Positions 34,887 through 48,983 of a stretch of 64,000 bases of DNA are shown piece by piece. The stretch lies in the NCBI GenBank assembly GCA_036630325.1, contig CP142737.1:558001-622000 (forward strand), given 5' to 3'. The position numbers were made by a program, and so were the translations under genes. Each line of letters opens with the position of its first letter. Positions within the stretch are counted from its first letter, which is position 1. The notes under the pieces were generated by a model. The model did not search any database, was not told the DNA's origin, and worked only from the letters and a program-made list of their open reading frames with translations. Origin of the DNA: Vairimorpha necatrix. Its lineage: Eukaryota.

Positions 34887-37800
34887 CTAAAGAATTAAAG
34901 TTTTATTTATACATTATTTATTCACAATTTTACAGTTGAGATTCATTTTACATTAAATCTCTTCATAGTTTGATTATTGCATATTTAAATAAAATTTTTA
35001 TCTGATTTAAATATTATCTTTAACAAAGGTAAAAATCAAAAAAGCTCGTTATGATAATCGATTGGGAAAAAAATTAGCAATAAAAACATGTCAGATATCC
35101 CTCACAGTTAGCTTAGAGAAAATCGTAATGTAAGGCTTGAGCTTTTGTTTAGTGCATATAATATTGGGACGAGATATGCAAAAAAAAGATAAAATTAAAA
35201 AAAATCCATATTTTTTTTGATTGTAAGACAGCGATTGCTAAGACCCACTATAATATATTGAAAAGATTTTCTTCAAACAAAGACTGGCCACAACAATTGA
35301 AAAGCTTTGACCATATTATATTACGATGCAAATTAGGGTAAATAAAAATACAATTTAATGGCGCATGCATTTAACATGTCCGAGTGTAGAACGCGTAAGA
35401 CTTGTGGGAAGCCTAATTTCGAATCCCCCTTGCTGCCTAAGTTACAAAAAGCGAACTACCAATTTACCAATTAATAGTTTTTTTAACAAAAGACCTAGGT
35501 TAACATTTAAAAAATATTTGTAAACAAATCATTTTTTAGAAAAAAAAAAATCTAGAGATGGTTATTTACAATGCAAAACTATCTACGTAACTCTGGATAA
35601 ATTACGATCGGTTTTCTATTAGAATGTTGTTTGGCCAGGCTTTCAATTTCCTTTGCTACAAAAAGTTTTGTTATACTGAAAATTTCAATTGGTGAATTAT
35701 AACCCATACTATGAAGACCCCAACCCTGATGGTTTAAAGGCGTATGCAAGGCGCAAGACAAAGTAGAAGTATATCGTTAAAAGTAAATTCCTTTTTGTTT
35801 TGTGAGAATTATATTGTTTCTGATAAAAAGTGTTTAATACGCGACCATGATATAGATGTTCCTATTCGTCTGTACCTGAAGTCAAACAGATTGAACGAAT
35901 TGTTCTACACGGTAACTTCTTAGGTTTGTGTTTTTTCGGTTCCGAACTTTGTAACAACGATAAAAAATGACCTCTATCTTAGATATTTTAAATCTTATTG
36001 TAATATTTTCTCTGCCTCGTATCTACAAAGAAAAAAAAAGTTTTTTGTGTTTTGGGCGGTTAGATACCATGTTCATAGAGGTAGCTGTTTTTTATTGTTC
36101 AAACTATTTAACAGGGAATAAATACAAAACTGTAATATACACGACTGCATCACAAGGGTAGAGATCATAAATATCATCTATCACATATTTCTAAAGACAA
36201 GTTCAAAAATGTATGACGCCTGCAAAGATAAGTATTAAAATACTAACAAACGAAACTTTTATGGGAGGCCTTACACTATGGCTGTACTCCGTGCTTGTAT
36301 TAATTATTGAAACAACATTTAAATGTAAAAATATAAAGAAAGTTTGTAATGAAGGACATGTCACAGAACCGAAAGATATCGTAGCCCATTAAAATAACTA
36401 TAACATTAACAAAAAAATATCATTACATTGATGCTATTTAAAGAACTTACTAAAAAAACCTCAAAGTTGCACAAATACATAACAAAAAAAAGGGCGAAAT
36501 AAGAAATTTGAGTAAAACAAAGCAGGATAGAAATATTGTTTTCTGGTCTTTTACAAACAGCCATCCCAGCCAAAAAGCAATATATAAACAATAAGGGCGA
36601 AAATTCTAAGATAGATGATAATTACTTGCCCGATAACTCGCTAATAAAGAACACAAAAGCAATGCTAGGTGATTTTTTGCCAATGAAATTGGAAATTTTT
36701 ATAATCATCAGAAAATAATTTTACTTATAGTTAATTATATATAAACATACGGCACAACATCTCAAACAGTAATAAAACCTTAACTTTTGTTTTTTAATGT
36801 ATATATTTTCCTTGTTGCTATAAATTACACGGAATACGGCTTATTGGATTGAAACTGTCGTAGGAGACCCGGGGCTGCTACATGTTTGACGTTTCTCATT
36901 ATTTTAATATTTTTCACTTTTATATTTTACCTTCAAACAAGATGGAAGGAAGAGATGAAAAATCTAATAAACAATTAAATATTGACATTAATAATTCAAA
37001 AGAAACCAAAGTCTGTGAAGAGCTGAATCACATGAGCGATATCGGGAAAAGATGTGCTATGAATTTTCAAGCTTAATGATAAATTAACTCAATAAATCTT
37101 TTATATACGCTTCCCAGTATACCTTTTTACTTTTATAAGATTGTCTATAGCTAAGTATTATTATCGTTTGCATTGATCTCTTTATGCACGAATATTTGCT
37201 TGCTGGAGTGACTATCAGCATGCTCGAAAATCTTTGATTCTAGATCTGATATAACATGATCTCGTAATATATATTTCTTTTTATCTAATTTTTTTTTCTT
37301 AAGGAGAGTTTGCTTAATATATATATCTCTATTTTCAAACTCAATAGGAAATATAAAATGTATTTGCGAGATCTTAATTCTGGTTTATAATATTTTGGCA
37401 AAGAATTAGCAAATAGATGCCAAATTGCATTTTTGTAAAATTATTTAATTAAAAAAATAATGTAAAGACAAAATTGTCTCATATAAATATCTAGAACATC
37501 AGATATGAAAAATCCAGTCATTTAATTGCGTTATGCTGAATAACATTTGACTAGATTATAATTCATCTGTCTATAAATATACGCAAGAAATTTTTATAAA
37601 TCTCGTTAGAAGTATTATCAAAAAAAAATTTAGAATTACACAAAAAACAACATAAAATCTAAAATGAAAGGTGTTTTATATATATATATATCTGCAAAAT
37701 CTTTTATAAAAATTAAGCTTCTTATTATGTTTAATTAAAAAATAGGCCGTGAGTCAAAATAAATTATATGATTTTTCAGTATTTATGGGCCTTTTAATTT

Positions 37801-37899
37801 TATTTTTTTCAATTTACTAAAAAATGATCTTTATTTCAAAAAAATACAGAATATATTAATTAATTATACTATAAAATCAATCCAAATGTTAACCTTAAA

Positions 37900-38421
37900 A
37901 TGCTGTTTCAAACATTATTATTTATTATACAAAGTATTGTAAGTATAACTGAAGAAGATATAGAAAATCTATTAAAATGTAAAAATGATTTGCTAAAATT
38001 AAAAAATAAGATTAAAGAAAAAAGAGAAGATATCAAAAAATTTGAAGCACGAATAAAAGCCAATGTAGAACAAGAACCTGATATACGACAACGAGCAGCC
38101 GCTGCTGAGGTAGCACGAGAAAGTTCATACGGAGGACTACACCATTCTATAGATCAATTGTATATTTGGAATTATGATGCAAGCTGCAAAATAAAAATGT
38201 GCAAAAAAGAAATATTACAATTGAACAAAGAGATTAATGAATTAAAAAATACCAAGGTGACTATCACTATAATTCATTATTGTGAAGGAATAGAAATTCG
38301 TAGAGAGAAGACAGAAGTTAAATTGGGTGAAATTACTAAATATCATTTATCCAATAAAACAATTACTACAAGAAACAATAATACGATAACCAGGAATCTT
38401 TCTTCGTGTTTGATTCAATAA
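37900..38421 (+). CDS. Putative secreted coiled-coil protein (173 aa), unknown function
   Basis: Signal-like MLFQTLLFIIQSIVS, two heptad-rich segments, and an intact ORF in very AT-rich surroundings. Confidence 0.7.
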   Translation: MLFQTLLFIIQSIVSITEEDIENLLKCKNDLLKLKNKIKEKREDIKKFEARIKANVEQEPDIRQRAAAAEVARESSYGGLHHSIDQLYIWNYDASCKIKMCKKEILQLNKEINELKNTKVTITIIHYCEGIEIRREKTEVKLGEITKYHLSNKTITTRNNNTITRNLSSCLIQ

Positions 38422-41400
38422 TATTGTTTATATTAAAATTTTTAGTGTTTTGTATCATTTTATTATACAAATAACCAAGTTTAAAACAACGTGAATTCTA
38501 CATTTCAAAGTATTTTATATGCTCAAAAATTCTTTGATGTGTTTTTATATGTTTTACGGCTGATTGCAATAGTTGTAAAATCGACTATGTTATGAATTTA
38601 ACCGTTTTTTATTTAAGAAGTAATATTTTCATATCTACGTATAAAACAGTACCTTCATGCATAATTCCTAAAGATTTAAATGTACAATTTAGAGCAGATT
38701 CGTCCAACCGCTTCAGAACGTCATTATGAAAAATTGATAATTAAATTTGTAGCTCGAAGTATATTTTTTAAATTCCAGGTGTTCTAAATTCGGTATTTAG
38801 GTGTAACTTTTAATATTTATAAGAATTATCATGTTACGGTCGGGATTATAATTTTATTTTATATCTCTTACTTGTTATTATGAATTATCTTGTAAGTTTG
38901 AGAAAAGGTTGCTGTATTTTTTAACCTACATGTTAAGATATTACAATCACAAACAGATACTTTACGGATGTCATCAGTTTGTTGGCGACGATGCATTTGT
39001 TTTCGTCGATGACACGGTTATATTGAAATTAAAAGCTATGGTGTCGAGCCTAAAAGTTTATTGTATTATAAGAGGATCAGAAAGAGTGTAATGTGGAAAT
39101 ATTTCAGGTAAACGAGAGATGACCATTTACAATTGAGTAAAACTTTTTTTTTGCAATACTCCGAGTAAGATCATATAAACGTATTGAATTTTCTTCAAAT
39201 GAAATTCTCAGCACATGCAAATTTGTAATAATAAAGTAGAGGTTTCAATTTATCCGACGTAATTTTTCTTGGTGTTATGATTGAACTACCATTTCTTGCC
39301 GTTTCAACTATGCGAGAAAAAATTTACTGATACTTTATTGAAGGGCTGACGTATAGCAAATTATAAACCATACTATATCAAAGGAATATTGTGTATGTTA
39401 AATGAATGTTGTCATGTTGATTTAGGCTAAAAATACTAAGGCTCAGAAGATGTTTCCCCTACAATTTATATTTTTTTGATTTCGAAACAGGCCATTGATA
39501 GGTCTAATCCTAAACATTTGCTATAATTTGTATTTTGTATCCCACATTACACCATAACTTGAAAAACGAACAGTAAGCAATGGCCCTGGGTCTAAGTCCA
39601 AGAAAGAAATTTACGGCCCCGTATAAAGTTTCTACTTTAATCGGTAAAAGCTGCTAATACTAAAATTAAAATTTTTATAGTTTGCTAGACATATCTTTAT
39701 TAAAACGTCTGACTGGATTACGTTAATTTATTCTTTAAAATTTATTTATTAAAAAATAAAATTTCTAAAACTTTTTATCGCAAAAATATTTATTTTTAAA
39801 ATTGGGATATGAACATTGAGAAGAAAAAAACAATAAATTCGATTACAACAATCAACACCAATTAAATACTGAAAATTATAAAAAAGCCAGTAATTAAACA
39901 TTTTTTAGATGAAAAAACAGAAATTGATGATCACAATTCGATTGAAAGTCAAATACTACTATGTGACCATGCAAACATTAGGTGCTTTTTTTAAATCTGT
40001 ATAAAATGTCATAGATGTCGGTATCTGCCGTTTGAAAAAGCATCGAAAATGTGAACCCCATTAAAAAAGGAGTGTAAAAATCTAAAATATTACAAAAAGG
40101 AGACTTGTGGTTTATATGGATAATGAAATATGTTTTGACGAAAATTCTTCGATATATGATTTAACCAGATGATCTATAAAAATTACTCATAGTTTCGTCT
40201 TGTCTATTTTTAAGATAGAAAGAATATGTTTCTTTGATGGCGGATAACCCCCAAATTTGTTAGCATGTGTGTCAGGATTTTTATAGGTAAAATTTTGTTG
40301 TGCGATTATCTGTCCAGCGTTCCTTTCTTCGATTTGTATAAATGCAGCATCATATGCTTCATTGATCAGTGTTAACAATAGACCTGGGTAAGAAATTATG
40401 TATTACCTTAAAAAAGTAACAGTGTTTTTAGTAACTACAGTAAAGAGAAAGATTTTTAGGTGCACCTTCCACTTCTCCTCTAACCACTATCTTATAATAT
40501 GAAGCCAAGATTCTATTTGACATGAAATAATGAACTTTCTTAAGCTCATCTTGTTTGTGATCCCCCCTAATCATTACGAACTCCCCCTATGATGATTACT
40601 AGGCCCTATTCGATTATGCGATTTCTACAAATTAGCAAATATTACTCGTGGGGGCTCCGTATATTCCAAGATCAATCGCCATACCGAGTAAAGAATCACC
40701 AAGAACATACTTATACATCATTCTTACAGTTTTTTAAAAATTTAACACCGTGTTTTCAAAAAAAAAAAGCTCCTATAACATACTCTGAAGCTGTGTAAAG
40801 GTTTGTACAATCACAAAACATTTTGTCTACCAGTCTTGTTTTCTATTGACCTTATTGGCTTTTCGGGGTTGCATATACGACAAAAAACTATGCTTTTAAG
40901 AACCGCATGTCAGAAAGAGCCCGGCGAATCAACATTATTATATCTCGTGCGCGGGCGGGCGACCAGAAGAATTTGCAAAAAATTATCCCTAAGCATGAAG
41001 TGTGTTCAAATAACTTTTTTTTTTATAAATGTATTACAAACATGATTATATACAAACTGATCTTATCTATATATTAAAACTTACTAACGCCCCCTTACAT
41101 TATGAATATATACTACATGATATTAAATTTTGGACGCTAAGGCCCTTTTCCCGGGCAATTAACGCAAAAAAGACGGCATTTCCCGGGAATAGGCCCTAAA
41201 CTAGGAAATTTTTACAACCCCTAAAAAATGAATAATTTTGAAGAAGAACCAAAAAATTCGAGATCTGACATTTTTTCTTCAAATGAAGCAGCCATGGGCT
41301 TTATTCAAAGGCATGGCTTACTTTAAGAATTTGAAACATGCTCGAAATGTTATGAGAGCATGTTTTGGGAACATGATTTTTCTTATTCGAACGGTTTTCG

Positions 41401-41476
41401 ATTCAGATGTACTAACTTATTGTGTATAAAATCCAAATCAGTTTTTGAGGGGCTAAAAATTTCAAGTCAAAAGATA

Positions 41477-42454
41477 GGAAGCAGGGGGCCACTTTGGTCA
41501 AAAAAATGGTATTAAGCGAATTTGTTTTTTTACCCCAAAAATGAAAAGTCGAGAGGAAGAGCTCTTGAACATCTTTACAACAGCAATTCAAAATAAGACT
41601 GTAAAGTGTCCAAAATGCGATGCTTACTGTAAAGTAAGTAATAAAAATAAAATAATGACTAAATGTGTTTGGAAAGCATGTCGGAGGAAAGTGTCATTAT
41701 TAAAAGACTCTCCATTTTATTACAAAAAAACAAATATTTTAGATGTTTTGTTAATAATAAAATTATGGTCTTGTAAGGTTAACCAGACTGCTATAGGAGA
41801 ATTTCTTGATATTGGTAAAAGATGTATTCGACATATCATAAAAAAAACAATTTCTACAATTGAAAATAAAGTATACGAACGAACTGGTAAAATCGGTGGA
41901 CTAGGAATAATAGTAGAAATAGATGAAAGCAAATTTGGCAAAGTAAAATACCACAGAAGACATCGGGTTGAAGGTATTTGGGTTTTGGGGATGGTTGAAA
42001 GAACCATCCAAAGAAAGATAGTTATGATTCCAGTCGACGATAGGAAAGTCAAAACACTAGAAGAAATAATTAAAAATTATGTTCACTCCGAATCAATTAT
42101 ACACAGTGACTGCTTCAAGTCTTATTTTAAGTTAAAAGACTATTTTGCTGAACACAAAACTGTTAATCATTCATTGGAGTTTGTAAATAATTCCAATAGA
42201 TGTCATACTAACACAATTGAAGGAAATTGGAGTGGATTAAAAAATGAGACTTCGGCAAGACACAGAACCAGAATATTGATTACTGGTTCGTTGATAAGAT
42301 ATATGTTAAGAAGGAACTTTGAAGGTGATTTATTTACGAATATTATTAAATTTATTTTTTCTTCCTTTTTTGCCGTTTTGACTTTCCAAAAAAGGGTCTT
42401 TTTTTAAAAAAAAATATTTATACCATTTTTTTGACCAAAGTGGCCCCTTTAACC
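41477..42454 (+). mobile_element. Merlin (inner, nested)
   Basis: TIR core GGGGCCACTTTGGTCAAAAAAATGGTATTAA and TSD AAAAGATA on both sides. Confidence 0.92.
41541..42407 (+). CDS. Merlin DDE transposase (288 aa), open frame
   Basis: CCCCAAAA-ATG start, CPKC..C..C, EIDESKFG, HSDCFKSY and HTNTIEGNW. Confidence 0.9.
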   Translation: MKSREEELLNIFTTAIQNKTVKCPKCDAYCKVSNKNKIMTKCVWKACRRKVSLLKDSPFYYKKTNILDVLLIIKLWSCKVNQTAIGEFLDIGKRCIRHIIKKTISTIENKVYERTGKIGGLGIIVEIDESKFGKVKYHRRHRVEGIWVLGMVERTIQRKIVMIPVDDRKVKTLEEIIKNYVHSESIIHSDCFKSYFKLKDYFAEHKTVNHSLEFVNNSNRCHTNTIEGNWSGLKNETSARHRTRILITGSLIRYMLRRNFEGDLFTNIIKFIFSSFFAVLTFQKRVFF

Positions 42455-43862
42455 AAAAGATAGACACAAGCGAATACTTATTTATAATATATTCATGGCT
42501 CGAAAAAAAATTATGAATATAATATCAATAAAAATACTTCGGTTTCTTTAAATACTATAAAAAGAATTAAAAGGAATATTATAGAAGTAATAACTGAAGA
42601 TAATAAGAATAAATGGGAGAAATTGGGGAATGAGCACCCAATACAAGTGGATGAGAGTGTTATAATAAAAGGAAAACTTATTAAGCCACCATCTGAAATG
42701 TATGATTCAATTAGTAAAGCTACTTGGATAATTGGCGCAGTAGAAGAAAAAACTAGAAAACTAGTTCTTAAAGTTTTACCAAATGGAAAAAAAGAAACTT
42801 TCTGCGACTTTTTCTCTGAAAATTTTAGTCTTATGTCTGTAATAAAAACAGATGGGCACAGATCCTACCCATACGCTGTTGCTGGGATTGGTGGAGTACA
42901 TAAAATCGTGAACCACGAGGAAGGATTCACCAATGCTGATGGAGACCACACTAATTTAATAGAATGTGAGTGGTCTCATTTCAAATCGGATCTCAAAACG
43001 AGGAAAGGAATACCAGGTTATTCAATGCCAGGGTATATAGAAGAATATGTTTGGAGGAGAAGAAATTTAAAAACTCATGATTCCAATGCTCAAAAAAACG
43101 CATTTTTTACTCTCTTAAAACTTTTAATTCAAAATAAATAATTAAGATTTTTTTTTCTTTCTATAATTTTTTTAAAGGGACGACCCCCTTTAAACAAAAA
43201 AAATGCCCGGGAATAGGTCCTAGAGCCAAAATTTTTGTATTAAAATAGATTTTTGCCAAATTATGTCAAGTTCATTGTGCTTTTAATGAGCTCTCTAAAA
43301 CTATAACAAAGAGCAGCTGTCTGAAGATTAATTAACATACAAAGTTATAAGTATATGTATAAAATATTTTTTTTAAGATTTTACAAGGACATTGTGATCA
43401 ATTTTCTTTTTATAAGTCGCACATTTAGCTAATTTTCTCGTTATATTTTTTTCTTGATTAGTTTCAGAAATTCTTAGAATTTAATTAAGCTTAAATTTAT
43501 AAGAATTTTTATAAACACTTAAAAAAATTAAAAAAAAGAATTTTATAAATAAATCAATGCAATTGTTTTGTTTACTATAAAAAGCTTTACCTCCGAGTAT
43601 TGATTATTTTCGGAAAATAAATAAAAATACAAAAATTTGAAAATACGATGTTGTGTTCATATACAAAAATCGTATAAATTTTAGTTCACAAAATATTATT
43701 TTAGTTCAATTAGGTTCCTATAACTGTATTAAGAGCACATTTTGAATGTCAGTTTAATCAATAGTATACGAAGGTTCAAATTGAGATATTATTTTTTACT
43801 AGACGTTATTATTTGACATTTTATACCTTATTCTGTAGTAGATTGAAAACAAAAATATATTA

Positions 43863-46800
43863 TGTCGAAGGAGCTAACAAGCATAAAGTTTTATTCAATA
43901 ATTATTATAAAGACACCATTATCCACCTCTAAAGCCTCTTATCGGTTAACTACTTTAAATTTTAAATTTTTTTGAAGAATTAAAATTTAAAAGCTGAGCG
44001 TGATTACGCTTAACCTCTTTTCAGTTGTTAAAACATAATAAGAATCACCTTCTGGGATTTCTAAGATCCCCCATCAAATACGTATTTATTATCTGCTATG
44101 GCAAATGATGTATTAGTATTAATGTCTTGTGATAGTACATATTCTCCAATCTCAAATTTTTCTCTTTTAACGACTTAATTTCCTTCTCGTATTTCATTCT
44201 TTGCGCTTCTTTTTCTTCTAGTGTAATTCTATTTTCCCACATCTCATTTGGTTTACACCTAATACCTCTGTACAGGTATTATTAAATCTTTTAACTATAT
44301 CTGGTGAACTTCTTTGCAAATTATATTTAAGTTCTTCTAAAAAATTCTTTTTATATAATCTGCTATACATATCTATTTAGTCTTTCGACTCTTTCGTTAA
44401 ACTGATGTTTTCCCGGGCTTATATTATGAACTATAATCGAGTTTTCTCGCAACACATTAAGAACTATTTCGATATTATTCCTCTACCATTGTCTACTATA
44501 ATTTGTTTCGGAAGTCACCACTCTTCAAAATATTTTATTATTTTTACAACGATTCCTTGTTCATTTTGTTCTTTAGATATTTTTACTAACTTTTCTTGTG
44601 TAAAGATCAATACATGTAAGTGTGGGTATATTCTGCTCTAGGAATAAAAGGTTTATGCTAATCTTTTCCAATTTGTAATTTGCTTTCACAAGCTTTTCTC
44701 CTCCTTGTGTCTTTTAGAGATTGCATTGGCAAGGTTACAACGTTTTAAGTATTGAGCAATTGATTCGTTCAAGTTTAGGCCAATAATATTTTCTCTTTAT
44801 TGCATAAATCAGTGCATCTTTTTCACGGGGGGTTTGTAAGTTTTTCGTGTGCTTCCTCTTGAGCACTAATCTATCTTCGCCTGGCGGGAAGAGCTTTGTT
44901 TCTGTGTTGTTTACTTTATAGTACCAGATACCTTTAGAATCGATGAGTACATTTTTTGGCAGTTATAAGTCGTAAGTTTGGTCCAACGTTTCATAAATTT
45001 AACTTAACACATCAGCCTCAATAATTTCTATGCCTTTCTTATATTGTATTGTGAAGTCATAACTTTAAAGTTTCTCTCTCATTCGTTCTAATTTCATATT
45101 TCCAAATATATGTTTTATTTTAGCAAGCGTAAGGGCGGGTTGATCGGTTATTACTTTACATTTAAAATCTTTTAAGTATAATTCATAGTGTTGTCTTCCT
45201 CAAGCCATAGCTAAAAATTCTTTCATTGTTATTGTATATTATTTCTCTGCTTCAGACAGCCTTTTGGATGCCCAATCTTTAACTATAAGTTCGCCATCTT
45301 TTTTTTGTTATAGGCAAGCTCCTATTCCTGTATATGAGGCCCTGTATTTAGGACAAATGGGTTTGTGAAGGCTGCTATATTTATTGAAATGTTAGAATTT
45401 ATCTTTAGTTTTATGTTGCTAAAGGCTTCCTCGCGTTCTTTAGTCCATAAGACCTTTGAGTGCTTCATATAATGGTTGTGAGATTGTTGCTAGGTGTGCA
45501 ATATATTTTCTATTGTAATTTGCAAATCCAAAAAATTTTTGTAAATCTTTTTTGGTTTTTGGCGTTTTGAAATCCAATATCTTTCTCTGGTGTTCTCCTA
45601 TTGGCCTCTGAGTTGACTCGTTGATCATAAATCCTAAAAACTTTACCGTTTTGCTTTTATATTGCATTTTAACTGATTTAACTTTAAAATTATTATCTGC
45701 GAGCCTTTGAAGAACTTCTGATAAGTTCTGGTCATATTCTTTTTCTGTTTTTCCATATACTATTATATCGTCCATATAAACCATACATTTAATTTCAATA
45801 ATATCACTAAAAATATTATCCATTATCATTTGAAAGATTGCTGGTGAATTTTTTAGGCCAAAGGGCATTCTCATGTTTTGTACAAATTATTTTTAAAATA
45901 AAAGGCTGTTTTATATTTATCTTTAGGGTCAATTTTTATTTGGAAGGAGTTGTCTGATAGATGATAAAAAATGTAAAAATCTTTTTGCCCTGTGTCATAT
46001 TAATAATTTCATTTATTTTTGGGATCGTGTAATTGTTGTCCTCTACGATTTCGTTTAACCATTGCATATTACAGGCTATTCTATATTTCCCATTAGGTTT
46101 TTTTACTGGGTGCATAGGATTGCACCATAATGAGGTTGATCTTTTTATGTAACCTAAAATTGAAAAGTTTTGTAACTGTTTTTTGTGTACCCTCTAAGTC
46201 ACATTGTGGTATGTTCCAATTTTAATGTTGACTTTTCACCTTCTTTCTATCTATTGTGCACATTATTTTAATTTATCCTTCAGATGGTTCATCATTAAAG
46301 ACTTACTTAAATTTTATCTAAAGCCCTCCTATCTCATGTCTCGATTTTTGGACATTTACAATCGTTGGGTTACCAATCAAAAGAGAATTGATTCTTTTTT
46401 TCATAATGTTAATATGGTCGTTATTTGGATGTGATTTATTTTCACAGTTAATTCTACGTATTCTGTCAGAATATTTTCTTGTCCAAAAATGTTTGTTATC
46501 GTAATCTCTTTCGTCTCTATGTTAAGAAATCCTTTTTCTTCAACAAGCTTCCTACTAATTAAATTTAGATCGCTACCTGTATCTACCACTGCATTTATTT
46601 TATCTCCAGCAAGAAATACTTCCGTAGTCTTAACTTCTCCTAATAATGTTTGTAGATTAAAAATCAAAAATCTTTCCAAATGCAATTTTTGTTCTTCTTT
46701 CAGAGGTTGTTTATTGGTTCTTATCTGCTCAATGTTCCGAGCTTGAGGTTTTCTTATTTTATGATTTTCTCTTTTAATATTATCAATTCTCTTCTCCTTA

Positions 46801-47327
46801 ATAGTTCTATCTTGTTCTGATAATCCTCGTATAAAGACTTGATAGAAAAGTAGTCTCTAAATATAATGAATTGCTCTAGCGTTAAAGTTATTCTTGAAAT
46901 TATTTTTTTAGCAAATTCTTCATCCATGCCAGAATCATAAGCAACAGTTATAATTCTATCTAATTATTCGCTCACTGGTCCATTTGGCCTTTGTCTAGCT
47001 TCCAATAAATTCAAAAGAGTTATTTCCTCTGTTATTTTTTTTAGTCGACCCTTTAATTGTCTCAATGTAACATTTGTAAATTTTTGTTTATTTTTAATTA
47101 TTGAAATTTGGGCCTCCCTATCAAGAATCCTAAGGAAGATCGATATTTTTTTCTTGTCTTGAATAATGTTGTGAGCTTTAAACTAAAGCTACAAATTTGT
47201 ATGCCTGCTTTGGCTTTAGCGATTCTGAATGTTAGTCCTTCTATTTTCTGTTCCGTACCGGGTGCCATGTTGAAGGAGTTAACAAGCATAAGGGTTTTAT
47301 TTAATAATTATTATAAAGACACCAACA
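43863..47327 (-). mobile_element. Decayed Ty3/gypsy element with ~60-bp LTRs
   Basis: LTRs at 43863-43921 and 47268-47327, PBS TGGCACCCGG and PPT AGAGGTGGA. Motifs VVDTGSDLNL, MPFGLKNSP and YMDD are present, and the gag ATG lies inside the LTR. Confidence 0.9.
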
Positions 47328-47699
47328 TGTAATAAAAAGTGATTATTAATAAAAAAGCTGCATTTATCTTATAGTCGTTTTACACAGATAACATTCCTTG
47401 TTTAAAAAACTAACAATTACTTATAAATAAAAACAAAAAACGCAGTTTAAAATGTGTAAAGAACATAAAGTAAAATCTTTTAAAGGCTTAAGTTTTAATC
47501 AAAAGCATTATTATATTAATCCATATACGATTTTATGTAACTTGAAATGTATATTTGATGAAATTTCTATTTTTTTGCTCACTATAAAAATAACTTGATT
47601 TAGGTTTTTTTTTCATTTAATGACGAATTTTTTTTTTACGACTACAAAATCCCCAATAGAAACATCATTGAAAGAATTATGAACAAATTATCTGTCCAT

Positions 47700-48700
47700 T
47701 CTAGCCAGGTATTTTTTTATTACTTTATGCATTTCTTCTTGGCATCGTGTTCCCAATTTTTCGACCTCATCACTAGAATCATCATTCTCCCTTAGACATG
47801 TGTTGTATCCGAGGCTTCCGTACCATTTCTTATAGGGAGACTTCTTTGTAGCAGAATGTACAGCGGTGTTATCATAAACAACTTTATTAATGACTGCTAG
47901 CTATTTCTTATTATCATAATCTTTTTTCGAAAAGATGTTTTTTTTTGAGGTAACGAGTAGGGGGTAGATTAAACCTCTTGACTTTAAGGTTGACGAGCTC
48001 TGCCATGAATAACCGAAGGCTTATTTTGTTTACAAAATTCAACTAATGTTTCAATTCACAACTCTTTGCCGTTGTCGCATTGAAGTATGTCAGGAAAGCG
48101 TAACGTTTGAAATTTATATTCTGACTGTGATACGATAGTAACGTCGTTGTTTTAGTTTTCAAAGCAGAAAAGTATATAGAAAATACATTTATTACTGTAA
48201 GTATCCAACTGGAACCCTCATTTTCACAGCTTTAAATGCTCATATCAACAAATTAAATTATAAATCTCACAGAGGGCGTTTAGCATTGATGTGCTGAAGT
48301 TTTCCTTTTTGTTTTTAGAGGTTTGGCTTGCACGCATATATTGCATTCACTTCAAACCCCTTAAAATTCACTTAAGTATATTTAAGTACTGTTCTTTACA
48401 CTTTCCATAGAGGCGGTTCACGCCAAAATGATGCTGCCGACAAAATCCTTTGATATCTATTTTTATAGTCTGGACCATGGTACACACAAATGCTCGTTGG
48501 TGCCAGCCTCACACATCCTTCACACAAGAACGCATTTCACAAGAATAAACCCTTGGGGTTTCTTCGATAGCCTGTATTTTGAATGTTAGGCATATTCAAG
48601 GCTACCCTCGTCTTCTTTGAGTATACAGACCAGCCGATCATACTCATCCTAGTACTTTGCTTTTTTTATTATGTGTAACAGATAATTCTGTTTTAAAGGA
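47700..48700 (-). pseudogene. Decayed Ginger/GIN-like (KRBA2/SCAND3-type) integrase
   Basis: HHFGVNRL, CNICVQAKP, WILTVINVFS, PDILQCDNGKE and IHGRARQP. No RT or LTR is attached. Confidence 0.65.
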
Positions 48701-48742
48701 TTAATTTAAACTATAAATAAATGCAAAATACTATTGTTAACC

Positions 48743-48805
48743 AGCTTGGCACATTAGTTGCAAGGCGTCCACCTCTGGAGGTCCCGAGTTCGAATCTCAG
48801 CATCA
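48743..48805 (+). other. tRNA-derived fragment (pseudo-tRNA or SINE head)
   Basis: A-box-like TGGCACATTAGTTG and T-arm/B-box CCGAGTTCGAATCTCAG. No acceptor stem found. Confidence 0.35.
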
Positions 48806-48983
48806 TTAATTTTCTTCAGGGGTAGTAAAGTCTAAAATAAAATTAAGTAATAAAATAATGAACACTTAATATATATTTTCTTTGTACAATTACAAATAAC
48901 TAAATTTTTAAATCTGAAAATTGAAATTAAAAAAAAATTTTAAATGCACACTGGCACGGCCCGATAGTTCGTTGGGCGCGCAA

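Larger units (their letters stand above)
41132..43227 (+). mobile_element. Merlin (outer), interrupted by a second Merlin
   Basis: Imperfect TIR GGACGCTAAGGCCCTTTTCCCGGGCA / TGCCCGGGAATAGGTCCTAGAGCC and flanks TAAATTTT/AAAATTTT. ORF 42623-43141 has IQVDES, KTDGHRSY and HTNLIECEW. Confidence 0.85.

Noticed and set aside
35358-35440. TTCGAATCCCCCTTGCTGCC resembling a tRNA-Leu 3' end
   Set aside because: A cloverleaf could not be built, so it is too degenerate to call.
38700-40600. Faint integrase- and hAT-like remnants
   Set aside because: Motifs are too degenerate and no termini were confirmed.
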